A DNA stretch of 64,000 nucleotides from Octopus sinensis (Eukaryota). Position 1 is the stretch's first letter; every line of letters starts with the position of its first letter. The notes under the pieces are model-generated. The model was not told where the DNA came from. It was given only the letters and a program-made list of their open reading frames with translations, and searched no databases. The stretch is from assembly GCF_006345805.1 (NCBI RefSeq), contig NC_042998.1, forward strand, positions 122,822,001-122,886,000, in the 5' to 3' direction. Position numbers and translations under genes: made by a program. Of this stretch, positions 39,721 through 52,950 are shown piece by piece.

Positions 39721-40789
39721 TAGATATTTCATTGAGCTTGTTTCGAGTATCTTCATCGCGCCCCTTTTACTGCACCCTCTGACCAACACGTGACTAGTGA
39801 GTAAAATTATGTAAACAGAAAGGGTTGAAGCCCGTTCGATGCGCAGCACATTTAAACGTCTTATCACAAGCAATCGCCTTGATTCTGCTTGAGGATTAAA
39901 TTAACAGTACCAGTGTCTTTGGAGTACTCAGGCATTTACCCTATAATTCAATGAGTAGGCAATTTATTTGATCAAGCCGTTTGAAGATTTATCATCAGAT
40001 CCTACAGAAATCCATTTAACTTAATATATACCTACATCCGTAATCAAAGACATAGGATGACAAACTCTTATCTTGTGAGCGAATTTGGGCTGACAGAAAC
40101 TAGAAGGCTGTCGTTGTGAATTGCATTTGTAATTTGAAAGCAATGGTCTTGTCACACACTGTTACGCTGATTCTGATTGCATATCGCGTTCAAAAGATAC
40201 ACATAGTGGTAGAACGCAGCCGCTTGCATGTTAAATGAGGAAGAGATAATTCACTTGAGGGAACAACTGAACCTTCCTTATCAAACGTTAGAGGTCAACC
40301 ACTGCCCCTTCCACAATCATACTCTCGTACATATATTTATAGGTACTTGTTATGTACATTGGAAAATTTGTATAAAAGTGAAATTGTATATAAATATATT
40401 TCTTCATTCAAATTTAAAATGGAAGAAGCTATTCAAACTATAACAGAGAAAATAATAGAAACCTGAACTTTAATTGACGAAGTTACAGTTGCTGTAAGGA
40501 AACATTCATTCTATACATGCACGCCAAAACATGGTCACGACTGAACGCACATATCTCATTTCCTTTTGTCTCTTAGGTCTCTTTCTTTCTCTCTCTCTAT
40601 ACAGACGCATATATATACATACATATACATACATGCACACATACACACACAGGTGTGTGTATATATATATACATACATACATATATATATATATATATGT
40701 ATATATATACACATACGTACATATCGGTATATGCCTTTATAAATATGTGTATAATATATGTGTATATGCCTAAAATGTTTATATATATA

Positions 40790-40825
<36 letters not shown>

Positions 40826-41361
40826 CAAATGTGTGCGTCTGTGAACGTGTGTGTGTGTATGTATATATTATATATAACAAACACGAATATTACATAATTA
40901 AATTCATATGCTTACAGCTATTTCCGGAAGGAGAACGAAACAATAACTAGAGGTGAGTATTGCTCCATTCAGTTCATCTTATATATGTATAAATATTTAT
41001 CATTACACAGTACCAATTCAGCGTGGTTATAAATCTGTATAGCGAAGTCACACACAAAGCATTTCGTATACATATATTTGATTTCGCTGTGTAAACTCCG
41101 TGCATATATGACAGGAGCTTCGGTGGTTTGAAGCAACGATGAAAGTGAATTGTTTCTTGTTTTACTAAAGGCTTACAGGGATCCATCTCCAGACTTTTCA
41201 GGGACAAAAGCATCTTATAGAAAATATTTACTAGTTAAGACAAGTGTCACGAAATACATAGTATAGTAAGTAGGTGGGTGACACTATCAAACCAGGGCCT
41301 TTTACTGTAGTCCACGTTCAGAAATTTCCCCGGTTACATACATACATACTTACATACCATC

Positions 41362-41770
41362 CACATGATAAGCAGTTGTCCGAAAACGTCATCATGATAA
41401 TATCCACCGATGAGACATAATGCTGTAGCTGGACACTATAATAAAATCCATCGGAAGGATAAACCCTATGACAAAGAAATAAGAACCCCCAGTATGGTAG
41501 AAGTCATAGCCACTCACAATAAAAAGGAGTACTGGCGGAATGTCCAAGTGAAGACCTAAAAGTGTAAGCACAACAGACCTGATATAATGATTTGGGATAG
41601 AGAAGAGAAACTGTGTTGAGTTGCGGAAAGTTGCTGTCCAGCGTATGTTAACATAAAGCTGAAGATCAGTGAAAAAGAGAATACCTACGTTGAACTACGG
41701 AGAAATCTGGAGTTACTCTATCCAGATTACAAGTCCAGATTTATAGCTGTAATTATTGGGGCCTTGTAAA
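41362..41770 (+). mobile_element. Decayed restriction-like-endonuclease LINE fragment
   Basis: One frame with stops: HMISSCPK...MRHNAVA...KHNRPDIMIWDREEKLC*VAESCCP...KENTYVEL...AVIIGAL. Confidence 0.8.
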
Positions 41771-41972
41771 CATAATATTATTGGGCCATGTAAAAACATA
41801 TTATGTAAACATAATAATAAATTATGTTTACTTGTCTGCATTGATATGCACACTACGCATTATACAATACATTTGTATATTCACAAATCAAATGTAGATA
41901 AAGAAAGCTAGCTCAACAGATAAGCAGAACATCAGAGTTACACCAATGATTTAACATACGCACTCGCACACA

Positions 41973-42003
<31 letters not shown>

Positions 42004-42092
42004 GCAACTCACACACATACACACATAGGTACACTCATACACTCTCTGTGTGTCTCTCCCTCTTTGTCTGCATATATATATATACATCTCTA

Positions 42093-42138
<46 letters not shown>

Positions 42139-42348
42139 CGTGTGTATATGAGTGAGTGTATGTGGGTGCATATATATATATTGATTGATTGATTGATTCT
42201 AGTTTCAGCTCAATATATATATATTGTTATATAATTATAGTTCGGGATGGTATTTTTTTCTTTGCAAAATAAATACACGCCCTATATATTCGTTCTTCAC
42301 TTCAGATTCACTGTTCGTATTTCAGTGTTTTTTGTCTGGAAATCTTTC

Positions 42349-42376
42349 GTCATACATTTCTGACCTCTTCAGTGAC
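42349..42376 (-). ncRNA. Degenerate hammerhead motif (stem II collapsed)
   Basis: GTCA-CTGAAGA-GGTCA-GAAAT-GTA-TGAC; stem I is GTCA/TGAC. Confidence 0.45.
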
Positions 42377-42769
42377 CCTCAATCCCACACATCCCCTTCC
42401 GTTCTGATTAGTCTATTCCGTCCTTTTATTGTGTGTATCCTTTTCTGCGCGTGCGTTTGCATTAGTGTGAGTGTGTATGTTTGTGTGTATGTGCGTGCGT
42501 GGGATCCTGTGTATACGCGTGTCTATGTGCTTTGTGTGTATATGGGTTTGCTTACTATAGTATTTGTATCCGTGCTATTTATTTAGATTTTTCATTTATT
42601 TACTCATTTTCCTCACCGTTTTTTTTTCTACTCACGTCGTCTGAATTATGTGAATGTGTGTCTTTTGTGTGTGTATATGCTTTTATGTATTATTCTGTTT
42701 GTATCTGTATCTTTTTTCTCTCATTCAATCTTCACTCGTCCTGTTGCGTAGTATCTTGTGAAACAAAAA

Positions 42770-42837
<68 letters not shown>

Positions 42838-42838
<1 letters not shown>

Positions 42839-43960
42839 GAAATTCATAGAAATACAAAAGACGAAGACAGGTGTATGAACAACAAGCAGGTGTATTAGAT
42901 TGACGCTCGGGAAAATGAAAAAGGCTTTTACGTTTCGAGCCTACGCTACAGAAAGGAATAAGAGAAGATAAACCGAGAGATAATACGAAAACGTGTAGAT
43001 TTAGCGGTCAAGCATGGCAAATCATAAGCAAAGCAGTTTGAAAGAAGTTGAAAGAAAGGGAGATAATAAAGTGCTGGTGATCCCAAATGAAGGTGTGCGT
43101 GCGTATATATGTATGTGAGAATGGTGTGTGTGAATGTGTGTGTGCATGTGCGTGTGAGTAGAAGCTAGTGTCTCTGATGTGTGTCAGCGTATGTAAGCGT
43201 CTGTAACGTATGGCTGCTCATATAGTGGTATATGTAGAGACGCTATTGAAGATTGTTGTGCCAGTATGTTTTGTGGGTGCTGGTAAGTGATCAGTGCTAG
43301 TGTGTGGAGCGGTGTGGTGTGGTGGTGTGGGTGTGGGTTGATGTGGAGTGTGGGGTGCGTGTGTATTTGTGCGGAGTGCGTGGGTGTGGGTGTGTGGGGT
43401 GTGTGAGGTGTGTGGCATGGTATCAATGAAGAGAGGAGGTAGGTAGGAATGAAGAGAGGAAGTAGGTGTCAGATTAAGAGAGGAGGGACCCAGATGAAAA
43501 GAGTAGGGGAGTTGAGCCCATGTGACGCAAAGGAGCGAAGAGAGAAGACTATTTCCTGTTCACGGAGAAAGCCGGGAGTCAAGATGGCTCCTGTGCAAAG
43601 ACAATTCGAACACAGACAGATGTGGTAAGGAATTACCGGTATAGCGGAAATGATGCGAGACAAATGGCATCCTGTTTGACCGATGTACAGGGAAGGTCAA
43701 AAACAGCAAGAAATGCAGTGATTGACGTCACTAGAAGTGCAGGTAAAAGAGTCAGAGATGTGATAGAGACGATGATGGGTACCTGTGAGGTTGGTGGTGT
43801 TGGAGAGGTAGGGGCAGGTACAGCAGCATAGATGGAGCAGGGGAACGAGCTAGGTTTGGAGGTGGGTTTAGGGAAGAAACTGTGGACCAGGAGGTCACGG
43901 TCCTCCAACAGGGCTGCAGATAAGCTCCCTGCAACAACCGCGTGAATGTCATTGAAGAGG
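42838..43960 (-). mobile_element. Penelope-like element 3' part: GIY-YIG pseudogene, low-complexity UTR and pLTR with a damaged hammerhead
   Basis: Minus strand ISDSFTCTSSDVNHCISCCF*PSLYIGQTGCHLSRI...LREQEIVFSLRSFASHGLN. The terminal region has GTAGGCTCGAAACGTAAAAG and ends at (TA)n. Confidence 0.85.
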
Positions 43961-44420
43961 TTTAATCAAATCCGAAATCATTGATGATTTTCCTCTGTCT
44001 CGCTAGCTGTAAGGAACCCGTCTCCCTTGTCCGTTATTAGATAAGTCCTTGTCCGCTGCTAAGAGTTGTTCTGACTCTTATTAGCAATGCTGGTGTTCAC
44101 TAACACTCTTAGTCACATTGTTCACGTCTATACTTGTACCTTTAGTTGTAAATTGCGAATAGGCCACCTTAATAATTTTCACTTTTACTATTTATGGGAT
44201 CAGTCTGTGATTCCTACTGTGTTCTCTATAAACTGGCAAGGCGAGTCACTGATGAAGATTAATCAAATCCAAAATCTTCGATGGTCTGCCTCTGCCTCGC
44301 TTGCTGTACGGAGTTTGTCTCCCTTGTCAGTCATTATATAAGTGCTTCCCAGTGGCTGTGTTGTTCTGACTCTTATTTCTTGCAATAGTGGAGCTGACTA
44401 GCTCCCTTAGTCACATTAGT
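43948..44420 (+). repeat. Two diverged tandem units (period 297 bp), each starting with a degenerate hammerhead core
   Basis: GTCA-TTGAAGA-GGTTTAATCAAATCC-GAAAT at 43948 and GTCA-CTGATGA-AGATTAATCAAATCC-AAAAT at 44245. Downstream blocks are shared (GTCTCCCTTGTC, GTTGTTCTGACTCTTATT, CTTAGTCACATT). Confidence 0.7.
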
Positions 44421-44476
44421 GACATCTGTACATATACACACGTGCGTGCGCACACACACGCACACGAAAACACACT

Positions 44477-44532
<56 letters not shown>

Positions 44533-45059
44533 AGCACTGGATGGATGGATGTATATGGCACTGAATATAACATTAATATATACCTATGAGATGACTGGAC
44601 GCAGTGCTTCAGCGCAGATGATTTTTCCCGACTGACTGGAAAGTCATCTTGTTTTGGTAAAAGTATTTTTTAGCGCCAGAGGAAGACACACATGTAGTTG
44701 GGCATAAATACACACATACAGATGGAAAGTGAGTGAGTGAGTGAGTGAGTGAGAGAGTGAGAGAGAGAGTGAGAGAGAGAGAGGAAGGTGATGCAGGAGA
44801 GAGATATTACACTGACGAAGACATATGCTCAAACAGATAAAGAGAGTGAAAGAGAAAAGAAACATTTAAAGCGTCGAATAAGCGGAGTCAAAGAAGTGGC
44901 GCCGAAGTGGATCTTCCAAAATGTCTCCTATCCTTGAGTATATATCCGTATCTACGAATATGAAAATGTATGCATGTAAATGTATTATATATGTGTGTAA
45001 CATATATATATATATATATATATATATAGATATATATATATATAGTTAATCCAAACATG

Positions 45060-45255
45060 AACTAGGGGAAAACACAACAACGCGAGGACATGGAACAAGT
45101 ATAGTGCTATTGGACGATCAGAAAAGGAAAGAAAGGAGGATCCAAAGTTTCGAGCGGAGCTCTTCGTCAGAAACATAGAAAAGGAAAGGACTAAGGAAAG
45201 GAAGACGGAGAAAGAAAATCGCTAACGATACACACACGGTCACATATTGAAATAT
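45060..45255 (-). mobile_element. Short pLTR-like element with a hammerhead motif at 45139-45174
   Basis: Minus strand CTGACGA-A-GAGC(TCC)GCTC-GAAAC-TTT, next to (TA)n. Confidence 0.65.
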
Positions 45256-45544
45256 ATATTTCACTGAAAATTAGATATATACATTTGCGAATCGGGACAA
45301 ATATCAACAGCTGGCGGGCGTCTGCTACGCTAGACCGATGATGGACAATGATCCTGAAACATGCGTGTCTCTAGATGCAGGCCTGGCTGCTGGGGGTGTT
45401 TGTCTCCCCTTCGTAAATGTACATAAGGAAACAGTAAAAATGTGTCGAAGCCAGCAGGAAGCGTCAATGCTTCCTAGGGCTAAACAGCGGTGGTGTAACC
45501 CCCTACTGTCACGTTCACGTTAGATTGACAGTATACAACCATTC

Positions 45545-45644
<100 letters not shown>

Positions 45645-46126
45645 AATATAAATGAGACGAAAATAAAGAAAATGTCTTTTTTCAAGATGTAAGTGAATTT
45701 GACCCGTGGAAGTCTGTTTACCTATGAACTTTAGACGTACATGTGTGAGGGAAGTATAAGTTTTTTTCCAAATATTAATTAAAAAAAAAAAACTTTTAAA
45801 AGTATTTTAATTGTCTGATAAAACTCTTTTAGTCGGTGGATATTTATTTTATTTTATGTTATTTTTATCTTTATTTTATATTTGTTTATTAGGTGTTTTG
45901 TTAGTTTATGACTTTTCAGTCGTGTATATTTAACTTTTTGATAGGCCGTTCTATTTGCATTTTATTCGATAATGCATTTTTTACCTTCTGTGATTTTATG
46001 TATATGTATTATATTTTATGTGTTTGAAAACCATGGCGATTTTTTATATATGATTAAATGTTTGAGGGATGGTGTTGCATATAAAGTCGTTGACCCAAAT
46101 TTAATGTTTGTTCTATAACCAAGGCT

Positions 46127-46210
<84 letters not shown>

Positions 46211-46314
46211 TATAATACATTTATATATGCATTTATATACATATATACATTATTTATATTCATATATAATACATTTATTACATATAAATGTATTATATAG
46301 ATATGTAACTATAT

Positions 46315-46900
46315 CAGGGTGTGTCAAATACTGTATAAACAAATCGGTTGCTCGTTGAAGTACGTTTCGTTTTCAACAATCACTACAACCCATTAAAAAA
46401 AAAATTGGGTGTAAACACTTTTTTCAAACTCGCAACCATTCACGTTTAGTAACTGTTGATAAAGGAAGGCAATAGAGCTGCAAAGACTAAGAAACTTTTC
46501 GTTCGGTATGTATGCACATTTTCATTCAATGACTGTTCCCCGATACCTGAACTGTTGGCGGTTTTGTACCTCATTAAAAATTGTTTATTGGTGTAATCTC
46601 TTCACCCAATCCCTTTGTTTGGCAAAAATCTCCTGCAATAGGAAGTTCTTGAATTTTGGCAATAAGTTTCTTACACCATTTTTAATTCAAGTACGCTGAA
46701 TCAAGTAGGTAGATTTATTTGAAACCCTATCCTGAACCGTTTTGAACTTCAACTGCATTTCCAGTCTTCCAGTACTACTTCAGGATACATTTCATTTGTT
46801 CAAGGTTCACTCTGGCCCCCTTCCATACTTCTATTGCGTTCAAACTAAAACCGAATGAAAATTGAGTGAGTTATCAGCTGTTAAAATATGTATTCATTTT
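46315..46900 (-). mobile_element. Possible Tc1/mariner-superfamily relic (N-terminal HTH)
   Basis: Minus strand MEGARVNLEQMKCILK*YWKTGNAVEVQ. The ends are weakly CAGGGTG-like. Confidence 0.3.
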
Positions 46901-46919
46901 GGGATTCTCTGCATATGTA

Positions 46920-47960
46920 TATATCTTGACTCTCGTTTGCGCCGTGAACAGGGATTAATCTTCTCTCTTCGCTCCTTTATGCCATTGGGCTCAACTCTCC
47001 TACCCTCTTCATCTAACCTCCTCCGCTTGCCTCTCTCTTCTTCCCTTCTACTTCCTCTCACCCACCTCTCCTCTCTTCCTCCGACTCCTACTTCTCTTCA
47101 CCCCTACTCTCGTTCTCTCTTCTCTCTTACTCTTTCACTCTCTCTTTCTCTCTTCTCTCTTACTCTCTCTCTCTTCTCACATATCCACCTTCCCCTTCAT
47201 CATCAACCCCCTCATAAGCCCACCCCACCCCTACACATTCCTACTCCACCTTCCCTATCATTCCAATCTCCCATCCCATCCCTTACAACCTCTCCCACAT
47301 ACCCCACATCTATCCCCACCCTCTGCCTACCCACAAACCCCACCTCTACCCCTACCCCTTGCCTACACAAATCACACCTCTACCCCTAGCCTCTGCCTAC
47401 CCACAAATCCCACCTCTACCCCACCTTCTACCTACACACATACCCCAACTCTACCCCAACCCTCAGCCTAACCCACACCCCACCCGTGCTTTCCCCACTC
47501 TCGCCTCCCCCACCTCCCAGCAACACCACACTACACCATACCATACTAAACATCACGAACAACGCACCACCCACACACCAGCACTGACCAATTCCCATCC
47601 CCATATTTTCACACCTACACATACACACACGCACACGTCAAAACCACCAGCCCTCTTTCACAAGCACATAATACTCTCTTATACACACACGCACCTTCGT
47701 CTTGGGGTCATCTTTACTTTATTATCTCCCCTACTTCTTCGCTCTCCTGTGTGACCCTTCAGGCCGGCAGTCACCATGATAGATCGGTAGCCACTACACG
47801 CATTTTTTCTCTCCTTGTTTTTTTCTGTGTCCCTTTCTGTAGAAGAGCGTAGGCTCGAAACGTAAAAGACTTTTAAAAACTTTCTGAGCTTTATACTAAT
47901 ACATCTGCTTGTTTTATACACCACCTGTCTTCGTCTTTTGTTTTTTTCGTGAACTCTCCC
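46920..47960 (+). mobile_element. Penelope-like element 3' end, same family as 42838-43960, opposite orientation
   Basis: RREQGLIFSLRSFMPLG (GIY-YIG C-terminus), C-rich UTR and pLTR matching the reverse complement of 42840-43590. Confidence 0.85.
47833..47868 (+). ncRNA. Hammerhead-like motif with variant core
   Basis: CTTT-CTGTAGA-A-GAGC(GTAG)GCTC-GAAAC-GTA-AAAG. Stems I and II are perfect, but the core is CUGUAGA rather than CUGANGA. Confidence 0.6.
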
Positions 47961-48214
47961 CATATATCACATGCTCACGTGGTCGCAACAGTTGATCGTG
48001 GCATTTCTTATCACACACAAAATTCTCCACTGGACTTTCTACCTATCTAATTTTTACGGATTCTTTTTTGGACATTTACTCTCTGGCTGCACCTCTCCTA
48101 CATACGGATCACTGTGGACTCTATTATATATATATATACATATATATATATATAGACATGGTGTCGCATTGTGGTTTATTTACGAGTGTAAAGAGTGAAT
48201 AATAAGATATTGCT

Positions 48215-48422
48215 TTGTACGCTAGGAACAAGGGCCGAAATTTTTTTTTAGGTGGTGGGGGGAGCTAGTCGATTAGATCGACCCCAGTACGCAACTGGTA
48301 CTTAATTTATCGACTCCGAAAGGATGAAAGGCAAAGTCAACTCCGGCGGAATTTGAACTCAGAACGTAAAGACAGACGAAATGCCGCTAAATGTACTAAC
48401 GTTTCTGCTAGGTCGCCGCCTT
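48215..48422 (-). mobile_element. SINE family 2
   Basis: Reverse complement of the shared core (GGTACTTAATTTATCGACTCCGAAAGGATGAAAGGCAAAGTC) and head. Confidence 0.85.
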
Positions 48423-48740
48423 TGAATAATAAAATATTGTGACACCTGTGCTTTATATGTAGCTATTTTATTAAAGCATAAGTGTTGCAAGAAAACAGTT
48501 CCATTTAAAAACAGGATGTTATCTTTCTTTCATCCGTTAGACAGTAGATTTTTAGGAATCATGTAACAGCGCTTATATATTTAAATACGATAAATGTGTG
48601 CTTGTAATTTAATAAAGTAATTTTTGGGTGAAATGCTAAGCAAAAAATGACTGCTTAAAACTTGTAAAATTATAATAATTGTAAGATAATGAAATAATCT
48701 TGTTTGGTTGCAGCACAAAGTAAAATAACTCCGTCTATAT

Positions 48741-48803
<63 letters not shown>

Positions 48804-48811
<8 letters not shown>

Positions 48812-49625
48812 CAACAATTGAGGGTAAAATTAATTAATTATTAATCAATTTCACCAAGTATTCAGTATGTAAAGGGACCATTATAGGCGAATTCAAAATA
48901 TTACATTATATATAAGGGCTTAGTAAAATAAATTACTTTGCCACATACTGAACTCATTAGAAATAGCAGCTAAAGAAATTTCTTCAGCTATTTCTAATAC
49001 TTAAAGAAGATCTCTCTCAGATAGTGTTTGCCTAAACCAACTCACAAAAGTATGGGGGAAAAAACATTAAAAAATCAAGTGCAAAGGTTATTTGAGAACG
49101 TAATGGTCCCTTTACATACTGAATACTTGGTGAAATTGATTAATAATTAATTAATTTTACCCTCAATTGTTGAAATTATAATTCATCTCTCTCTGCTAAA
49201 TGCTGCGGTTTTCACCGTTAATACATGGTGTTTGTCAATTTTAAGCCACGCTGGTGGAAAGGGGAGAGCAGAAATTCTTCGCTTGCATATTCGAATTTGA
49301 TAGCACTTTTAGTTCGAGCAGAATTCTAGAGGTGATTAGAAGCCGAAGGGTATGCTCCCGACTTTCAGTGTTCCCAAATCCGATTCAAGGAATTCTGAGC
49401 TGAAGAAAGAAATGTCGAATTGACTAATCTAGAAACGTACGTTCTCAAATAACCTTTGCACTTGATTTTTTAATGTTTTTTCCCCCATACTTTTGTGAGT
49501 TGGTTTAGGCAAACACTATCTGAGAGAGATCTTCTTTAAGTATTAGAAATAGCTGAAGAAATTTCTTTAGCTGCTATTTCTAATGAGTTCAGTATGTGGC
49601 AAAGTAATTTATTTTACTAAGCCCT
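48804..49625. mobile_element. Interleaved inverted-repeat pLTR element (A-B-A'-C-hammerhead-B') inside (TA)n
   Basis: A 48804-48883 is the reverse complement of 49101-49180, and B 48915-49102 is the reverse complement of 49438-49625. No mismatches seen. Confidence 0.9.
49396..49447 (+). ncRNA. Type I hammerhead ribozyme motif
   Basis: TGAG-CTGAAGA-[imperfect stem II AGA..GTC(GAATT)GAC..TCT]-GAAAC-GTAC-GTT-CTCA. Stem I is TGAG/CTCA and stem III is the palindrome ACGTACGT. Confidence 0.7.
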
Positions 49626-51338
49626 AAAATATATATATATATATATATATATGCGCATTATATATATCCAGTTATTTTACTTTTTGCTACAACGAAACAA
49701 GATTACTCCATTATCTTTAAATCATCCATCTATCTATGTATGTATCTATCTATATTTGTGGTTTTGACTTATGCACAACGCGTGAAGTTGTTACCATCAA
49801 CCTCAGTATTTAACTGAAGCTTTATTTCATGCAACTTGGAATGATAAACGGTAAAGTTGACTGCGATGAGGACTGAACTCAGAATGCAAAGGACCGGCAG
49901 AAATATCGCAAGGTATTTTGTTAGTCGTTCTAACGAGTGTATAAATTATTGCACTCTGTAGCAGCAATAGTCGTCACCTTACCGTGTCTAATATTGTTGG
50001 TATTCCTGTAGCAATTACCGGAAGTTAACCTGGATAGTGAACAGATGTCAATATGTGAACATTATAACAATGCACCCATATGATTACAATTGCATGTTTC
50101 TCACGTTGTAGTGTACAGTATACTTCTTGGAGAAGCCGAAGCAAGGAATATCTTGAACGAGATGTACGAAATCGCAAGCAGTTGTCCTGGTAGACATGGC
50201 TGAGAGTTTATCTAATGCCCTTACAACAACAAAGCAATAACAAAAAAGCGCAGAAGACCGAGATATCATGGAATAAGTAATTGTTCAATGGTTAACATGT
50301 ATTTCCGTGTACTTGTGTGTTTGTGTATATGCAGATTTGCATATATAGACGGATATAACATGCAAAGTGAGGTATCTATTATGTTCTATATGCTATTATT
50401 AAATACACATATATTTTAAATTTCAAATTTTTTCTTATATCTAGACACCAACAACTACTTCCCCTAAAATACATACAGCTATACACGCATATAGGTGTAT
50501 AGGTATACATGCATACACAGTAACATCTGCATGTGTGTGTACATATGCATATATTCGCGTGCATGTATTTTTGTATATATCTTTGTATTTCTAGAAAGAA
50601 AAAATAATATAGGAATGGAATGATATTTATAAAGTGCAAAATTAAATTATGGAAAAAAAATCTAAACTAAAGAAATAAGCAAAAGGAAGCAAATTCTTAA
50701 CAAAATAAACAACATAAAGAAACAAGCAAAATCTTGGATAATTTCTTTTTTTATATTTGACTATATTTTTAGACGTTTTCCAGTAGATATTTTCAATGAA
50801 AATATGACGGAAGATGAAGACCTTGGCTAAGTTACGAAGAAATCAAATGAATAGATGAAAAAAAATGTATTTCTATTAAATATTGTTTTCTTAATTTTTG
50901 AATCTTTTTTTCTTTTTGTCAACCACGTCTGCGGAAAAAATATTTTCATAGACATTTCAAAGAAAATGTCAGGTGAGGACATTTTGATGGTTTCAACTCT
51001 ATCACATGCCTACAAAAATATGAAATAAGTATAAATCAAATAAAGAGTTTTATAAAATTGAAATAACCATTACCAGACAGAATCATGTCTCGAAAACAAC
51101 AATATTTATTTATCTATGATGCTTTTTTTCTTCACTCTTTCTTTTCTCTCTCCCGGTCTTTCTTTAAAAGGGTAATGCGTTACTTGTAAAAGAAGTACTT
51201 TTTTCTCTGTAGATTTTGTAAATAAAAACGTCCACCCTACGAAGTCTACATCAAGAATAGACAGAATATGAAGATTACAACACACACATACACACACACA
51301 CGCACACACATACATCTGTACGTGTGTATATACATATA

Positions 51339-51405
<67 letters not shown>

Positions 51406-51423
51406 TATATATATATAGATATA

Positions 51424-51454
<31 letters not shown>

Positions 51455-51825
51455 CATACTTACCCATATATACATGTATGCCTGGGTCTGTGTATCATAG
51501 CAGTAAAAGCAGCAGCAGCAGCAGCAGCAGCAACAGTAGTAGTAGTAGTAGTAGTAGTAATGGAAACAGTAATCGGTAATGTATGATGTAATCATCAATG
51601 AAAGATGCGTTTTTCACCATTCTTGTTCTTGTTTTTGTCATATACTCCAAATTTCTGGCAATTCTAGTGGGCGATATTTGGATATATTTGTCGTATTTGA
51701 CGAATTACCTTTGATGTTAATTGTACTTGAATTTATTGGTATCTGATTCTTTTATATAATTTAACAAATTCGTGTAACACTGAGTTCTATGTACATATCT
51801 GCCTGGGTTTATTAATCGTTTTAAC

Positions 51826-51926
<101 letters not shown>

Positions 51927-51936
51927 CCTATCTATC

Positions 51937-52024
51937 TTTGTTTGCAAGTAGGTAACCCTCTGTTTTAAATTTTTCTATGAACCCGGAAAAATTTAAAACA
52001 GAGGGTTACCTACTTGCAAACAAA
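51937..52024. repeat. Perfect 39-bp inverted repeat with a 10-nt loop
   Basis: TTTGTTTGCAAGTAGGTAACCCTCTGTTTTAAATTTTTC-tatgaacccg-GAAAAATTTAAAACAGAGGGTTACCTACTTGCAAACAAA. Confidence 0.95.
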
Positions 52025-52044
52025 AGTAGTAACATGTAACATTA

Positions 52045-52320
52045 TTGACCGAGGTTACCGTGGTCTTTACTGTAGACTTTTCTTTCCACAGATAAACCTC
52101 ATCTGCTTCCCCCTTAACACTTTACATCATGACATTTCTGTGATACACGATCCCTATTGATCGTTTTTTTCTTTTTTTCTTTCCCTTTTTTTCTTCTCTT
52201 ACGATCCCTTTTGATCGAAAACCTACCCCACTTTTTTTCTCTTCCCAAAAAGAAAAGCTCTAATTTGTAATCTGTCCCGTCTGTGTGCAGCCCTGCGTGG
52301 CTAATAAAGAAACATATCTA
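52045..52320 (+). mobile_element. 3' UTR fragment of a Tx1/L1-clade LINE
   Basis: Homologous to 54435-54674 (CCGAGGTTACCGTGGTCTTT...AAGAAAAGCTCTA...GGCTAATAAAGAAAC), followed by (ATCT)/(ATCC). Confidence 0.8.
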
Positions 52321-52853
52321 TCTCCGTACCAATCCATCCATCCATCCAATCTGCCATACATACATAATACCGTCGGATCTTACATACATGACATACTGAA
52401 ATAGAGGACTTCAATCAACTGAGATTAACCAAGAAATCAAATGTCCAATATGTATGGATACTTAATATCTAAAAGCTAGCAAGGAAAATAACTCAAATAA
52501 GATCAGTTAATTGAAGCTTGCAGCCACTAGAGATAATGCCAATTGGCGTGTTTAATCTTTAATTCTACATAAATGAATGTCGTGTGTATATGTATATTTT
52601 TGGTAAATCCCCACCTACCTATCAACCTACAAACCTACCTACCTACCTACCTACCTACCTACCTACCTACCTACCTACCTACCTACCTACCTACCTACTT
52701 ACCTACCTACCTACCTATCAACCTACCTACCTACCTACCTAACTACCTACCTACCTACCTACCTACCTACATACATACATACATACCTACTTACCTACCC
52801 ACCTACTTAACTCTCTATCTGTCGGTCTGTCTGTCTATCTGTCGGTCTGTCTG

Positions 52854-52893
<40 letters not shown>

Positions 52894-52905
52894 ACTATCT
52901 ATCTA

Positions 52906-52948
<43 letters not shown>

Positions 52949-52950
52949 AT

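Noticed and set aside
45310-45523. GC-rich block with a 61-aa ORF after a CAG
   Set aside because: No recognisable homology or donor site. It cannot be distinguished from a repeat fragment without a search.
50118-50275. Protein-like run ILLGEAEARNILNEMYEIASSCP
   Set aside because: The acceptor context is weak, a stop follows shortly, and I recognise no family.
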